A stretch of 64,000 nucleotides of DNA from the NCBI RefSeq assembly GCF_006345805.1, contig NC_043010.1, positions 21,576,001 through 21,640,000 on the forward strand, read 5' to 3'. The notes beneath the pieces are model-generated. The model saw nothing but the letters and a program-made list of their open reading frames with translations. It did not search any database and was not told the origin of the DNA. Numbering within the stretch: the stretch's first letter is position 1; every line of letters starts with the position of its first letter. The DNA is from Octopus sinensis (lineage: Eukaryota). A program made the translations under genes and the position numbers. Shown piece by piece: positions 12,409-24,735 of the stretch.

Positions 12409-12798
12409 CTAGCAGTATCACCCGGCTTTGCTCGGGTTTGTTTTGACCCTTTAGAATTGGAATTTTTGAAAAGTAAAAATTTTGCATTATGTAGCTTGTT
12501 ATTCACTTTAAGTGAACATTTTTCTGGTTGAAGTACACCACAAAAAGGCGACACAGCAGTCAGAAAATCGTAAAAAATTAGTGATTTTCATAGAAAAAAA
12601 GCACCTTTTTGATGTAAATAATTTTTGGTGTTAAAATGGTCCGATTTGAATTTTTTTTTTCTATGGAAGTAAGAGCAAGCCTTCTATCATACTCTCAATT
12701 TTGGTCAACTTGCACCGCACGGTCTCGGAGGAGATGGTGTTAGTTGAAGGCAACAAAACCTGCCATACACAAACAACTTCAGCTTTATATAGAGAGAG
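12409..12798 (-). mobile_element. Non-autonomous Helitron
   Basis: On the minus strand the 3' end is hairpin (ACCCG..CGGGT, 12420-12437) + CTAG followed by T, and the 5' end is TCTCTCTCTATATAAAGCTG. Both termini are shared with 35423-35904. Confidence 0.75.
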
Positions 12799-12814
12799 AA
12801 ATTTGTAACCATTA

Positions 12815-12990
12815 GACGTCGAGCTGGCAAAATCGTTTGCGCTTAGGAAAAAATAATTAGCAGTAGGTCTTCCGGAATTTTACGTTCTACGTTCAAATTC
12901 CACCGAAGTCGACCTCACCTTCCATCCTTTCGGTGTCGATAACATCAATACCAGTTAAGTACTGGTGCTGATTTTATTGACTAAGAACTC
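12815..12990 (+). mobile_element. SINE family 1, degenerate
   Basis: gagctggcaaaatcgtt head; gttcaaattccaccgaagtcgacctcaccttccatcctttcggtgtcgata core. Confidence 0.7.
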
Positions 12991-13252
12991 TCCTAAAACT
13001 ATTATTAATATTTTTGTTACTACGATTCCCATCACGCAAAACATCCAGAGTTATACAACAGAAACTATATAAGAAAGAATTTCTGTTAATGAAGCGTTTC
13101 CTCTTTGGAGAATATTAAGGCAACACAACATTAACATCAGAGAATATAAAATATAATTCCAACACGAGTTGTTTTTGCCAAATAAAATTCCAACATTTAA
13201 AGATTAACATTAAAATAGACGCAATTGTTCTTATTTTGTATTCTTCAAATCG

Positions 13253-13283
<31 letters not shown>

Positions 13284-13528
13284 CGTGTGTGTGTGTGTAT
13301 GGGTTGCATCCAGTTTAATGCAAAAATTATACTTATATAAAACATAATCAATTTTCAATAATTCTAATTCATCTCGTGATCAGTTCCTATGTGTGTGTGT
13401 GTGGTGTGTGTGTCTGTGAGTGAGTGCATGTTCATAAATAATACATACAAAGATATATATATTTGAATACGTCAACATACATACACCCATATATACATAC
13501 ATACATACGTACAAACATATATACATAC

Positions 13529-13564
<36 letters not shown>

Positions 13565-13663
13565 ATATGATATAATATAATATATATAATATAATATAAT
13601 CTATCTATCTATCTATCATCTATCTATCTATCTATCTATCTATTCCTCTCTCTCTCTGTTCTG

Positions 13664-13699
<36 letters not shown>

Positions 13700-13702
13700 T
13701 CG

Positions 13703-13746
<44 letters not shown>

Positions 13747-14267
13747 ATATCTATAACATTTTCATCTTTGAAAACATTTCTAAATTTCTTCGTAATCATA
13801 GAAAACAGCTGGAGCATTTAGCATAAATCTTATTTTAAACTTTCCGAACAGAACCTGCTCTTATATCAACGCATGCTAACCTATGCCAATTTCAATGTCA
13901 TCTCGTTCTTTGTTTTAATTCTCTCTTTCAACCTAAAAAAACAACACATTTGCACTATATCAAACAATTCCAATTCTCACAGCTTTTATATCCTTATTAT
14001 TTACGACTTCTCTTTTCCCCATACGCCATCATTTCCTATCCCCATCGTTATTTATCCTCCTCTAATGTTTCCAGCGTTTCTTAGGATTTTTCGGAATTTT
14101 ACTTTGCCTTTTTCAAAATATTTTCTCCGTTCATATGATATCTTATTTACGAACCGTTTCTCTCTGCAAATTATTTTTAAATACATGCGTATATGCAAAT
14201 GCATATTCATATATGTATATGCATATACACGTGTATACAAGCACATACACACACACATCCGTGTGTT

Positions 14268-14307
<40 letters not shown>

Positions 14308-14394
14308 TATATATATACTGATGTTTTTAATATGTATAAATATGTAGTATATAAATATGTAATATATAGTTCTTGTTACTATGATTCCCATTAC

Positions 14395-14432
<38 letters not shown>

Positions 14433-14467
14433 TATGTATAATATATATATATGTATATATATATATG

Positions 14468-14507
<40 letters not shown>

Positions 14508-14924
14508 GGTAGATAGATAGATATGTATAAATACATATATGTATATATATTATTTATAAGCATCTAAATGGTAGAGCTGTTAGCGATCCAATGCAATGCC
14601 ATTTGTAATATATAATCTACACACGTATACATAGCTAGCTTTTATATAAACGTATGCATATATAGATCGCTTTTCTGAATCAGCCTCCCTAACTGTCGTT
14701 GAGCGAAAGTGAATGAACCGATGCAGGATCGCTCAATTTGTTAGATATAACAGCCACGCTTCCTTCTTAAATCAGACCAATATGCATTGAAAGAAGGAAT
14801 GCACATCAATGTTGATGACAATGAAGAAATCCTAGGTGGGATGTCACGACTGGAATATAGATATTGAGTCTTATCATCGACAATGGACGAAATTTTATTT
14901 TTCGTATTGATATGAGTATATCAC

Positions 14925-15140
14925 CACAGGGTGGCAGAGTCGGTACCACGCCTTACCAAACACTTGGCGGCATTTGTTCCAGCTCTTTACATTCTGTGTT
15001 CAAATACCGGCGCGATCGACTCTGCCTTTCAGACATCGACCTCGATAAATTAAAGTAGCGTTCAAGTACAGGGTTCGATGAAACTGATTAACATCCTTCT
15101 CTCAAAATATCCGGTCTTGTGCCAAAATTTGCAACCGTTA
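14925..15140 (+). mobile_element. SINE family 1, highly degenerate
   Basis: gggtggcagagtcgg head; gttcaaataccggcgcgatcgactctgcctttc core; tail ggtcttgtgccaaaatttg. Confidence 0.6.
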
Positions 15141-15429
15141 AGAGATCAAAATTCTTTATAGATTCCAATTATAAATCTATTGGGTTTTTAACAAATTAGC
15201 AAGGTGGTTTCCTTTTTTAATTGTTTGGTTCAAATGAACACTGAACTTACTTGTCTGGAGATGGCATGAAAAAATATTTCTTAAAATTGGATGTTGTGTT
15301 AAAACACACCGTACTGCGTTATGTACACTATAGAACCTCTTTATTGTTTCTTTAATATCCCATGTTTCAGCCTCGAGGCTGTGGCCATGCTGGGGCACCG
15401 CCACTGCAATCGCCTTTTAATTGGACACT

Positions 15430-15685
15430 TCTATGTGATCCTGCTCTCGTTTGAGTTCCCTACCTTGATATTGGTTCATCTGGGATCTTGGATAGCAAGA
15501 AGTGAAGTTGTTTCTTGAAAACGTCTACACCCACACCATGGAGATCCCTGAGATGTTTTGGCGAGGAGTTAAATAGCAGTTGGCCATCGAATCCCAAGCT
15601 ATTGCAGTACATCGTCCTCACCTTAGATGAGACAGCTGGAACTTTTGAAACAGTGCAGTGACGTCCAATGACTTCTTATACAATT
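15430..15685 (-). mobile_element. CR1/L2-superfamily LINE ORF2 C-terminal fragment
   Basis: Minus-strand frame reads IGRHCTVSKVPAVSSKVRTMYCNSLGFDGQLLFNSSPKHLRDLHGVGVDVFKKQLHFLLSKIPDEP, typical of CR1-like ORF2 C-termini (LFN.LP...FK..LD..L..IPDEP). Confidence 0.7.
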
Positions 15686-16651
15686 GTGGTGCATGAATGC
15701 TTTCGCTTCTGGAACTACAAAATCACGCGATTTTGGTTTTTTCTTGGCCTTGTCAATTAAAGACTCCCGAAGCTAGAGATATAAGTGATTTCTTTGCTAG
15801 CGATATACATAGAATTTCAGGGCCTAATCAGTCACTGGTTTTGCTAATAACCAGTAGGTTTACTAAAAAAAATCTGTAGCGATGAGAACTTCTCTCACGA
15901 TTAATAACGCATTATTTTGTGTTCTAATATAACATCCACTTTTAAGTGTGGATAAATATTACGTTTTGGATTAACACCGCTTCTGTCGTTATTAGTTATT
16001 CTTATGAATTGTTTCATTCGTTTTGTTTTCTCAACTGTCTCCAGTATTTACTGGTTCTTCATTCCAAAAACTATTGGACATTTCAATAGTGGCTCACCAC
16101 CCAATGCTAAGTATCTCGATTGTCAATCTAATTTCGTTAAAAGTTTCAATACTAAGTTGTTTTTCTGTTAATCAGTTGGAAACTATGAATGTTTAAACTT
16201 AAGTACCATTGTGTACTATTAAACCAAATGAAATTTATTGAATAAAATGAAATATAATTTTTGTTTTCAATTTTAATTGATTAATTTATTTATTATAAAC
16301 TCTGTTCTCATTAAGGAACAATTGTTAAGAATCCATATAATTGCACTAATTCGGAAGTCGTTACCTAATTATTATACCAAATGTAACTTCTTAAATATTT
16401 TCATGCACAATACAATTGCTGCAGTATCTGACTATCGTTTGAATGAATACAATGGTATGTTGCTACTAAAAGTGGCAAATAAAGACCTACAACGCACAGC
16501 CTGGTGATTAGTAAGTGTTCGTTGAGAAATTAATGATAAAGAAGATATAAAATATTGGAAAGTTTCATTCGATTCTTCATAATTAATATTTTGATTAAAT
16601 GTTTTAATAACCATGTAGAATAAACAGGAAAATATGTTTGGCGAGACTAGA

Positions 16652-16670
16652 TCTGCGCGTGCACACACAC

Positions 16671-16704
<34 letters not shown>

Positions 16705-17025
16705 CACACACACACTTACACATACACATTCACACACACACACAAACACACACACATACCCACACACACTCACACAGCCACACAGACACACATTCACACA
16801 CACACTTACACACACATTTACACACACACAAACACACACATACACATACACGCTCACACAGACACTCATTCACACACACTTATACACACATACACACGTT
16901 CACATACACACACACATACATACACACATACTCACACAGGCACACATTCACACACTTACACACACACAAACTCACACACACTCACACAGACACGCTTTCA
17001 CACACGCACACACATACATACATAT
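16652..17025. repeat. Imperfect (CA)n array, about 370 bp
   Basis: Directly visible. Confidence 0.95.
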
Positions 17026-18211
17026 GTTTTGCGTTTATGAGTGTGCGTGAGTATGTGTGTGTTCGTAGATGCGTGAAGTTAGAATGCAAGAATGAGAGTA
17101 AAAGAGGACAAGCGAAATACAGAAGTGACTGCAAATGTCATTCTTATATGCTAAAGAATTATGGAATATGTACATGAGACGTTAGTTCCACGTACAAACG
17201 ATATGTATTTATTTAATAGAAATTGAAAATAATGGATGGGTTTGGTTTAATGAATGGTGAGCTTTAAAAGAGAGAAAACAATTGGTAACGGCAATGTTTA
17301 TGATGTTGGCATTGTATTGGATCCTTTGTTATTTGATCACCAGAATATAATCTTTGACCTCAACATCCTCCATTTAACAAGATCATCTCACTAGCAGTAA
17401 GTTCCGTATTCAGAGGCGAGTGGGTGTTGCATTTACATACATAATACGTTTAAACACATTGTTTTCCATGTCTAACTATGTTTATTTTTCGCCTCCATAG
17501 AGTATAACAATACAAACAATGATTTCAAATTAACTTTCTAAACAAGAATCTGTGCAGCAAGTGTTGGGGTGTAAATTTCCAAAAGAAAATAATCGATACC
17601 CATAACAAGAACGCATGAAATCGAACTCTCTCTCTCTCAGTGAAAAGCATTCCAACGATTTTGGTTGTGTTTGGGCCCACGGCCAACAAACACAAATCTC
17701 TCTCTAAATAATCGTTCATTAAATTCTTTCAATATGTAAATAAATATAAACAGTAGGATACACTTTCGATCTGTTTTTCAAATCTAATTCTAATGAAGAA
17801 ACAATTAAATTTTCTAATGGATATTTTTTTGGCGTTTTTTTTCTTTTGGTTGTGTTGAGAATATCTCATTATGTTTGTGATTGAAAGTATTATTTCAATT
17901 ATGTTTTGATTTTAATATATTGTGAACCAAAGCATTGAAGTTGTATTCTCTATCAATTATGATTGGTGCCAGATAACAGGTTTGTGGACCTGTGGAATGG
18001 AATTGTTAATAGAATCATGTTACTACTATTGTCTCAATATCACTTTATAATAGAACTATTGTTCAAAAACTGATTTAGCTATTGTTTCCTCACATATACA
18101 ATGTCTTCTGTATAAATTCGCATTTATGACATATGTAATCATTATCGATGTTACCCATACAATATGGAATATAATGGGAAGACAATCTATTTGGGGAGAA
18201 CTTTAGGAGAA

Positions 18212-18272
<61 letters not shown>

Positions 18273-18851
18273 GCTATGTACGTATGAATGCGTGAATGAC
18301 TGTATATATGTATGTATGCATTGGAATGTGCGTTCGTTTTAGAAACAATAAAATATATTTCACATAAATCATTTTATTGTCCCTCAAAAGTTACGGAATT
18401 TCTCATACTGATCACAGTAAACATCGGTACTAGTTCTCTATAAGCCTAGATATCACATGATCCCATGGATTATTTTATATCCTGCTGTATGTGACTTTTG
18501 GAATTACGTACACTCCAAGCCGAAGATTTTTAATCTTTCTGATATTTGAGAACATATACAGTATTTTTCTGAATTTGAAGTGTATAAAGTCAGCATGCGA
18601 TTAAAAGAATGCCCTCGGTTTCAAGTTTTATATAAAATATTTGCGTCTGTTTTGGTAGCAGAGCAGAGCAGAGTGGTTAGTGGATATTATCGACCCGAGG
18701 ACTAGATTAGCACTCTATGCTAAATGGAGGAAAGGCAAAGCGACCACGATGCTTTTTGGTAGATGGAAACTAAAAGCCAATCTTATGTATATATATGTTA
18801 AAATATATGTGCGTCTGTGTGTGTGCATATCTTTGTGTCTGTCTTTGCTCT

Positions 18852-19089
18852 ATACCTATTTCTTTATTACCCACAAGGGGCTAAACATAGAGGGGACAAA
18901 CAAGGACAGACATAGGTATTAAGTCGATTACATCGACCCCAGTGCGTAAGTGGTACTTAATTTATCGACCCCGAAAGGATGAGAGGCAAAGTCGACCTCG
19001 GCGGAATTTGAACTCGGAACGTAGCGACAGGCGAAATACCGATAAGCATTTCGCCCAGCGTGCTAACGTTTCTACCAGCTCGCCGCCTT
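18852..19089 (-). mobile_element. SINE family 1, full head + core + B-tail
   Basis: Near-consensus reverse complement from ctcgccgcc to tatttctttattacccacaagggg. Confidence 0.92.
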
Positions 19090-19324
19090 TTCTTTGCTCT
19101 ATACCATTGCTCTATACCATTGCTTGATAACCGGTATTGGTGTCTTTATGCTCCAGTAACTTAGAGGTTCTGTATTAGATAGGGAGTAAGTCAATTACAT
19201 CGATCTTAGTACTAGTACTTGACGTACAGAATTATGCGGCGTGGCCTTGCCGAAGTCCGCGCGAGATTTGTCAACAGATGTCCAACATAGCTTTACAACT
19301 TGACTGAGCACAAAACGAGCTCAT

Positions 19325-20470
19325 CTATGTATCTGTTTGTGCGTGTTTTTGTTAATGCATGTGTTTATATGTATGTATATGTATGTGTATCTATGCATGC
19401 ATGTTTGTAGAGTCAAATACTTTCGTAATGCAGCGTCTTGGAATGCTGGATCGACGTTCCGGTTAGACAGTTTGATGTCCGGTTCGTTCCAGATCTTCAA
19501 ATGGAAAGGAAGTGGGACAAAATGGAAGAGCAGTTTGACCCGTCACACGCTGAAATCGGCCAAAAGGAAGCTCTTCTTCAATGGTTTGGGCTGAGTGGTG
19601 AATGGTTATTTGGCCATCAATATTTAACGCATCAGCTTCATACTTTATGCACGCACCTCGAACCAGTTTATCTGGCGGCACTTCTGTGATTCTATAGTTT
19701 TCTCCAAATGGCAATTCTTCAAAAAGCGATGGCAAGGCTAGAAGTTTAGAAAGTCATCCATACGAGAAAATTCTCCTGGACAGACTCGTCAGTTAAATAA
19801 TGTCGACGCATAAAGCTTACTGGAGAATGTCGTCGTTCTTACCGTCACTCAACCACAACTTCTAACGCGGAAATTCCATCGATCACATTTTCTTATCAGA
19901 AAACGCTGTAAATGCCAGACAACATTCCAAATGCCAGACGCCTAATTTTTATAATTCATTCAGAACGAACAGCATTCTTGTCACTGAGAAGCAAACCGCA
20001 TTTACTCAATATCCAGGGATGTTTGTCGCATCTTCAAGGCATCCGACAAGAACGACATGGCATGATTACTGTTTAAAAGGAGTTGGCAATGGATCATATC
20101 TGTATCGTCCACTAAGAGATGGGTTCAGATGCTCCAGTCTGACCAGTGAAAACCGAGGTAAAATATGACAGTAAGGCGTTAAATATCGGTGGCAGTATAA
20201 CCATTCACCACCTCAACCCAACATTTCAAGGGGAGCTTCCTTTTGGCCGATTTCAGAGTGTAACTGGTCAACCAGCTCTTCATTTTGTCCCACTTCCTTT
20301 GCATTTGAAGATCTGGAACAAACCGGACATCAAACTGGCTAACCGGAACGTCGATCCAGCATTCCAAGACGCTGCAATACGAAAGTATTTGACTCTACAT
20401 ACATGCATGCATACATACACACACACATATGCATACATATAAACACATACACTCACAAACAGACACATAT
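19325..20470. repeat. Long inverted repeat: arms about 19325-19645 and 20165-20470, spacer about 520 bp
   Basis: tagagtcaaatactttcgta...gggacaaaatg (about 19408-19525) matches the reverse complement of about 20283-20398 with about 5 differences; identity falls toward the spacer. Confidence 0.92.
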
Positions 20471-20875
20471 AAGAACGAAAGTTTCAATGGCCTTGCAAGA
20501 TATTTACCGTTCAATATGTCATTAATAAAGTAGCAGTTACATGAATTTCCACAAGTCCATTTAGAGGTTCTATGTATGATCCAACATTTATTTCTATCGT
20601 CTTTCATCTAATAATACAATATTCGGACAAAATGGGTGAGCAATAAGAATGATGAATATTTTATTATTTTTTAGTGAAAATATATTAGTGTGGACGATCG
20701 GATCTGCAGTAATATTTCGGCTTTAATTGATAACGCCCCAGGTAAAGTTGATCAAAATAACACCGTCCTTCAAGAAAATTCGGCAGTAACCAAATATATA
20801 AAAACAGCAAAGAATCACTGATGAAGCTGTTACAACATTGGTTCTCTAAATTGTCAGGTATATAAGTCTCTTAAA

Positions 20876-21110
20876 TGGCGCGAGCTGGCAGAATCGTTAG
20901 CACGCCGGGCGAAATACTTAGCGGTATTTCGTCTGTCTTTACGTTCTGAATTCACATTCCGCCGAGGTCGACGTTGCCTTTCATCCTTTCGGAGTCGATT
21001 AAATAAGTACCAGCTTCGCAGTAGAGTCGATTTAATCGACTTAATCCCCTTGTCTGTCCTTGTTTGTCCTCTCTGTGTTTAACCCCCTGTGGGCAACAAA
21101 AAAACAGAAA
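20876..21110 (+). mobile_element. SINE family 1, full head + core + B-tail
   Basis: Near-consensus sequence. Confidence 0.92.
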
Positions 21111-21249
21111 TATATATATCTCTTATACAGGTATTCATAACGCTCATTTACATAAATTATCATGTAAATTACACATGAAATATCGTATTTAAAAGGTAAC
21201 AATAAAATGTTTCAGGTGTGTTAGAGAACTGATTTATTTAAGCAAAGTA

Positions 21250-22230
21250 TGACCCATGTTCATTTATGATGTTTACCCAACGTTTCTCCGTGCCATATAT
21301 TCCATCTTTAAAACAAAATCATCTTTTCTTGTGATAAAATGTCCGAATGCTTCAATTATGTTTTATTGCTTATGAAAAGCTCAAAGTGCTTAAATAAGTG
21401 ATGATCAGTAGGTGAGATATCAAGGGAATAGGGAGAATGTTCCAAAATCTCATAATTCAGGCTTTGTAACTTGTGGATTGTAGCTTGAGGGGTGTGAGGA
21501 CGTCCATTGTCGTGGAGTAAAATTGGCCCATCTCTGTTCACTAGTCTGGGTTGCTTCTGTTTCAAATTTCCATGCATACAATCAATTTCCTGGTAATGTT
21601 ACCGTTTTTCCTTGTTGCAAAAATGAATAATGAATAACACACTTCGCAGACCACCATACAGAGAACACTAACTTTCTAGGGTGCAATGGCAGATTTAGGT
21701 AGTGTTTAGGTGACTCTCCTGCATCTAATCACTATCCTGTTCTCCTGCTGGTGTCAAAGATTATCCATTTCTCATCACAAGTAATGATTTGATGCAAAAA
21801 TGTTTTTCCAGTCGAGAAAGCAATAAGGAGCACACTTCGAAGCGTCTGTTTTTTTGAATCTCGTTCAGTTGATGTGGATAGAACCTATCCGTTTTCTCGA
21901 ATGTTCCAATTTTTACAGGTGCCCAGAAAGAGAGTCCTGATGAAAGTTTTCGAACCTTTGTTCTCGGATTTTATTCAACCAAAGCATTTAATCCATCATG
22001 CCGAGTAAGTGATTTGGGCCTACTCCTTGGTTTATTTTCAAGGCTATCATCTCCTGAACAAGATCTTTGGAACCATCTCTGAACAGTTCTGATGTCAACA
22101 AAACCATTACCAAAGGCCCGCTTGACATTCCGTAGCGCTTCTCTGGCAGAGTGACTCACTCCGTATTCACACGAGAAAATCATTCAACATAATTTGGTTG
22201 TTATCATTTTCATAAAGTCTGTGGGTATGA
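21250..22230 (-). mobile_element. mariner (Mos1/SETMAR-type) transposase remnant
   Basis: N-terminal HTH (SAREALRNVKRAFG..VDIRTVQRWFQR..SGDDSLENKPRSRPK) and catalytic motifs LLHDNGRPH and HSPYSLDISPTDHHLFKH, broken by stops and frameshifts. TIRs not identified. Confidence 0.9.
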
Positions 22231-22700
22231 ATTTTGTAGACCAATATTATAGGGAAAGGCATACATAATTGAGTTTTTAAATCACTGAAATAACAAGTAA
22301 TATATACACCTCAGTTCATAGCTTAGAGAATATGACAGAGGATTTTGTACATTTCACACGGCTCTTCTCATTTGAATTTTTTTATATATAAAAACATGTA
22401 TATAAGCCGTAACAAATTGTTGGCTGTTTTGGTTTTCTAATGTTATTTTATATATTATATTATTCATATTATATTATGTTATATTATAATATAGATAAAT
22501 TATTGGATTGTCAATTGTATATCTCTAATTTATTGTTTGTAATTTGCATTACACCCATATTTATGTGGTATTTAACTGATGTTCCAGTGAATTGGATGTT
22601 TTACGCAGCACTTTGAAGGATTTCCTTTCCTTAGTTTGTTACTTTATACACAGAAGCACACACACTCACACACACACACATACACAAACACACATGTATA

Positions 22701-22745
<45 letters not shown>

Positions 22746-22890
22746 TACATACATACATACATACATACATACATACATACCTGCTGACGAGAGAGCTGAT
22801 TTTGTTCTTCGAAATTCTGATGGTGAAAATGATGTATATTTTAACATGTTAGTGCAAAAATCAATCATTGTCTATCTATCTATCTATCTA

Positions 22891-22927
<37 letters not shown>

Positions 22928-22975
22928 CTTCACATATATGTATATATACATACATACATATATATATAAAAAAAT

Positions 22976-23047
<72 letters not shown>

Positions 23048-23163
23048 GGCGGGCGTCATTTGAAGGCTAAAAAAATTGTGAAGCGCATTGTGACCAGGGA
23101 TGTGTAGCAACATCTGATAGCCTGGTCGGTTGCGGTGATCATCACGGTGATATATGTATATAG

Positions 23164-23223
<60 letters not shown>

Positions 23224-23619
23224 ATATGTATGTATGTATATATGGGGAGAGAGATGTATTGACAATGCGCTCCAGTGTGTTTGATCTCTACTGTTTTATT
23301 GTATAAATATGTATGATTGCTTTCATATTAGTCCAAAAGTCAACTGTTTCATATTAATACTAGACACTGTACACATCTCGCCGCCCCACTGTTTTCTTTA
23401 CAAAAATAATCATATTTACACCTCGATATTAACTTACACAATTCCGTCCATGTTAAATTACTAAAAGTTCTAAGAGAATCGAAGTAAAAACACGACATGT
23501 TGGTGGTTCATATTACACGTATGTGATAAAGATGAATATGTAAATAATTATAAATGCAGCCTTTTCAATCGTAGTGTAACTAATAAGAAACCGAAATGTT
23601 CAAAACGGAGTCGGAACAA

Positions 23620-23830
23620 TGATTTCTGTCAGAGAGCACCTAAAAATCATGCCAACGTTGTCGACAATTGCATGCTAGCAGATTTCCTTTCAGATATTGA
23701 CAAGAACCAAGGACAATTTTGGCAGCATGTAGAAACTTGGTATTTTGCCAAGGCGAACTCAAAATCCAATGTATTGAAGGCTTTGGAATATTTCCAGGAA
23801 TTCACTGTCAGCGGTTATTAGTTACGTCAG
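23620..23830 (-). mobile_element. Ancient LINE reverse-transcriptase fragment (CR1-like)
   Basis: With one frameshift it reads DSEFLE/YSKAFNTLDFEFALAKY...WFLSISERK, matching the RT motif FLDFSKAFD..H..LL.KL...WF.SYL..R. Confidence 0.55.
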
Positions 23831-24321
23831 GAAAGATTACCGTAAAACGAAATATTTATCATCAAAAGATCGCAAAAGGTGGTTATTTCTAAAATACAGA
23901 ACCAAGTAGTAACGTGGCAACTGACGGATATTCATAGAAACATACATAATACACATTACAAAACAATCTTTTGGCTACCGACTTGAATAACTGAGACGCA
24001 ATTTTAAATAAAGGGCAGGAAGCGTCTTTGATAAGAGACATTTGATGATATCAGATGTGGGAGAGGGGGATTCTACAATATGTTAGATTGTGAAAATAGG
24101 GTTCCATTCAAATATTTCCCTAAAAATAACTTAACTATTCCTTCGACACTACAATTCATCATTTGACATCTCAATTGTGTCTCTTTGGATTTCTTTTTGT
24201 TTTTCTATTTCTTTCTGTATTGTTTCTTCGATTATCCATACAAAAATATATACAGAAATGCATATACATATACGCATTTCTGTATGCATATATATATATA
24301 TATATATATACATACATACAT

Positions 24322-24368
<47 letters not shown>

Positions 24369-24578
24369 CATACATATATATAGTCAAGACTATAGAAAAG
24401 GTTGCAAGACGCAACGAAAATTTTAGGAAAATAAAGATAAGATATAAGTGGAAATTTTATCGGTGAGTGTGTTAAATTATAAGACGCTAAAAGAAAATGA
24501 CTCTTCCCAGACACGACAGAATATGCTTCAACACAAGAACTTATATAAAGAATCTTGCAAACCAAATCCAAAAACGAA

Positions 24579-24648
<70 letters not shown>

Positions 24649-24651
24649 ATA

Positions 24652-24735
24652 CAAGGGGTGTCTGAAAAGTCTTGAGCCTCGAAAAAGCAACACATCGTAC
24701 ATCTTCAAGGCCCCAAAATTTCCATACACCCCTCG
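24652..24735. mobile_element. 84-bp mariner-type MITE
   Basis: TA|CAAGGGGTGTCTGAAAAG ... TTTCCATACACCCCTCG|TA: imperfect TIRs with TA on both sides. Confidence 0.75.

Noticed and set aside
23694-23816. Possible + strand exon after tttcctttcag (DIDKNQGQFWQHVETW...)
   Set aside because: No convincing donor site or known homology; the opposite strand matches a LINE RT motif, which explains the sequence.
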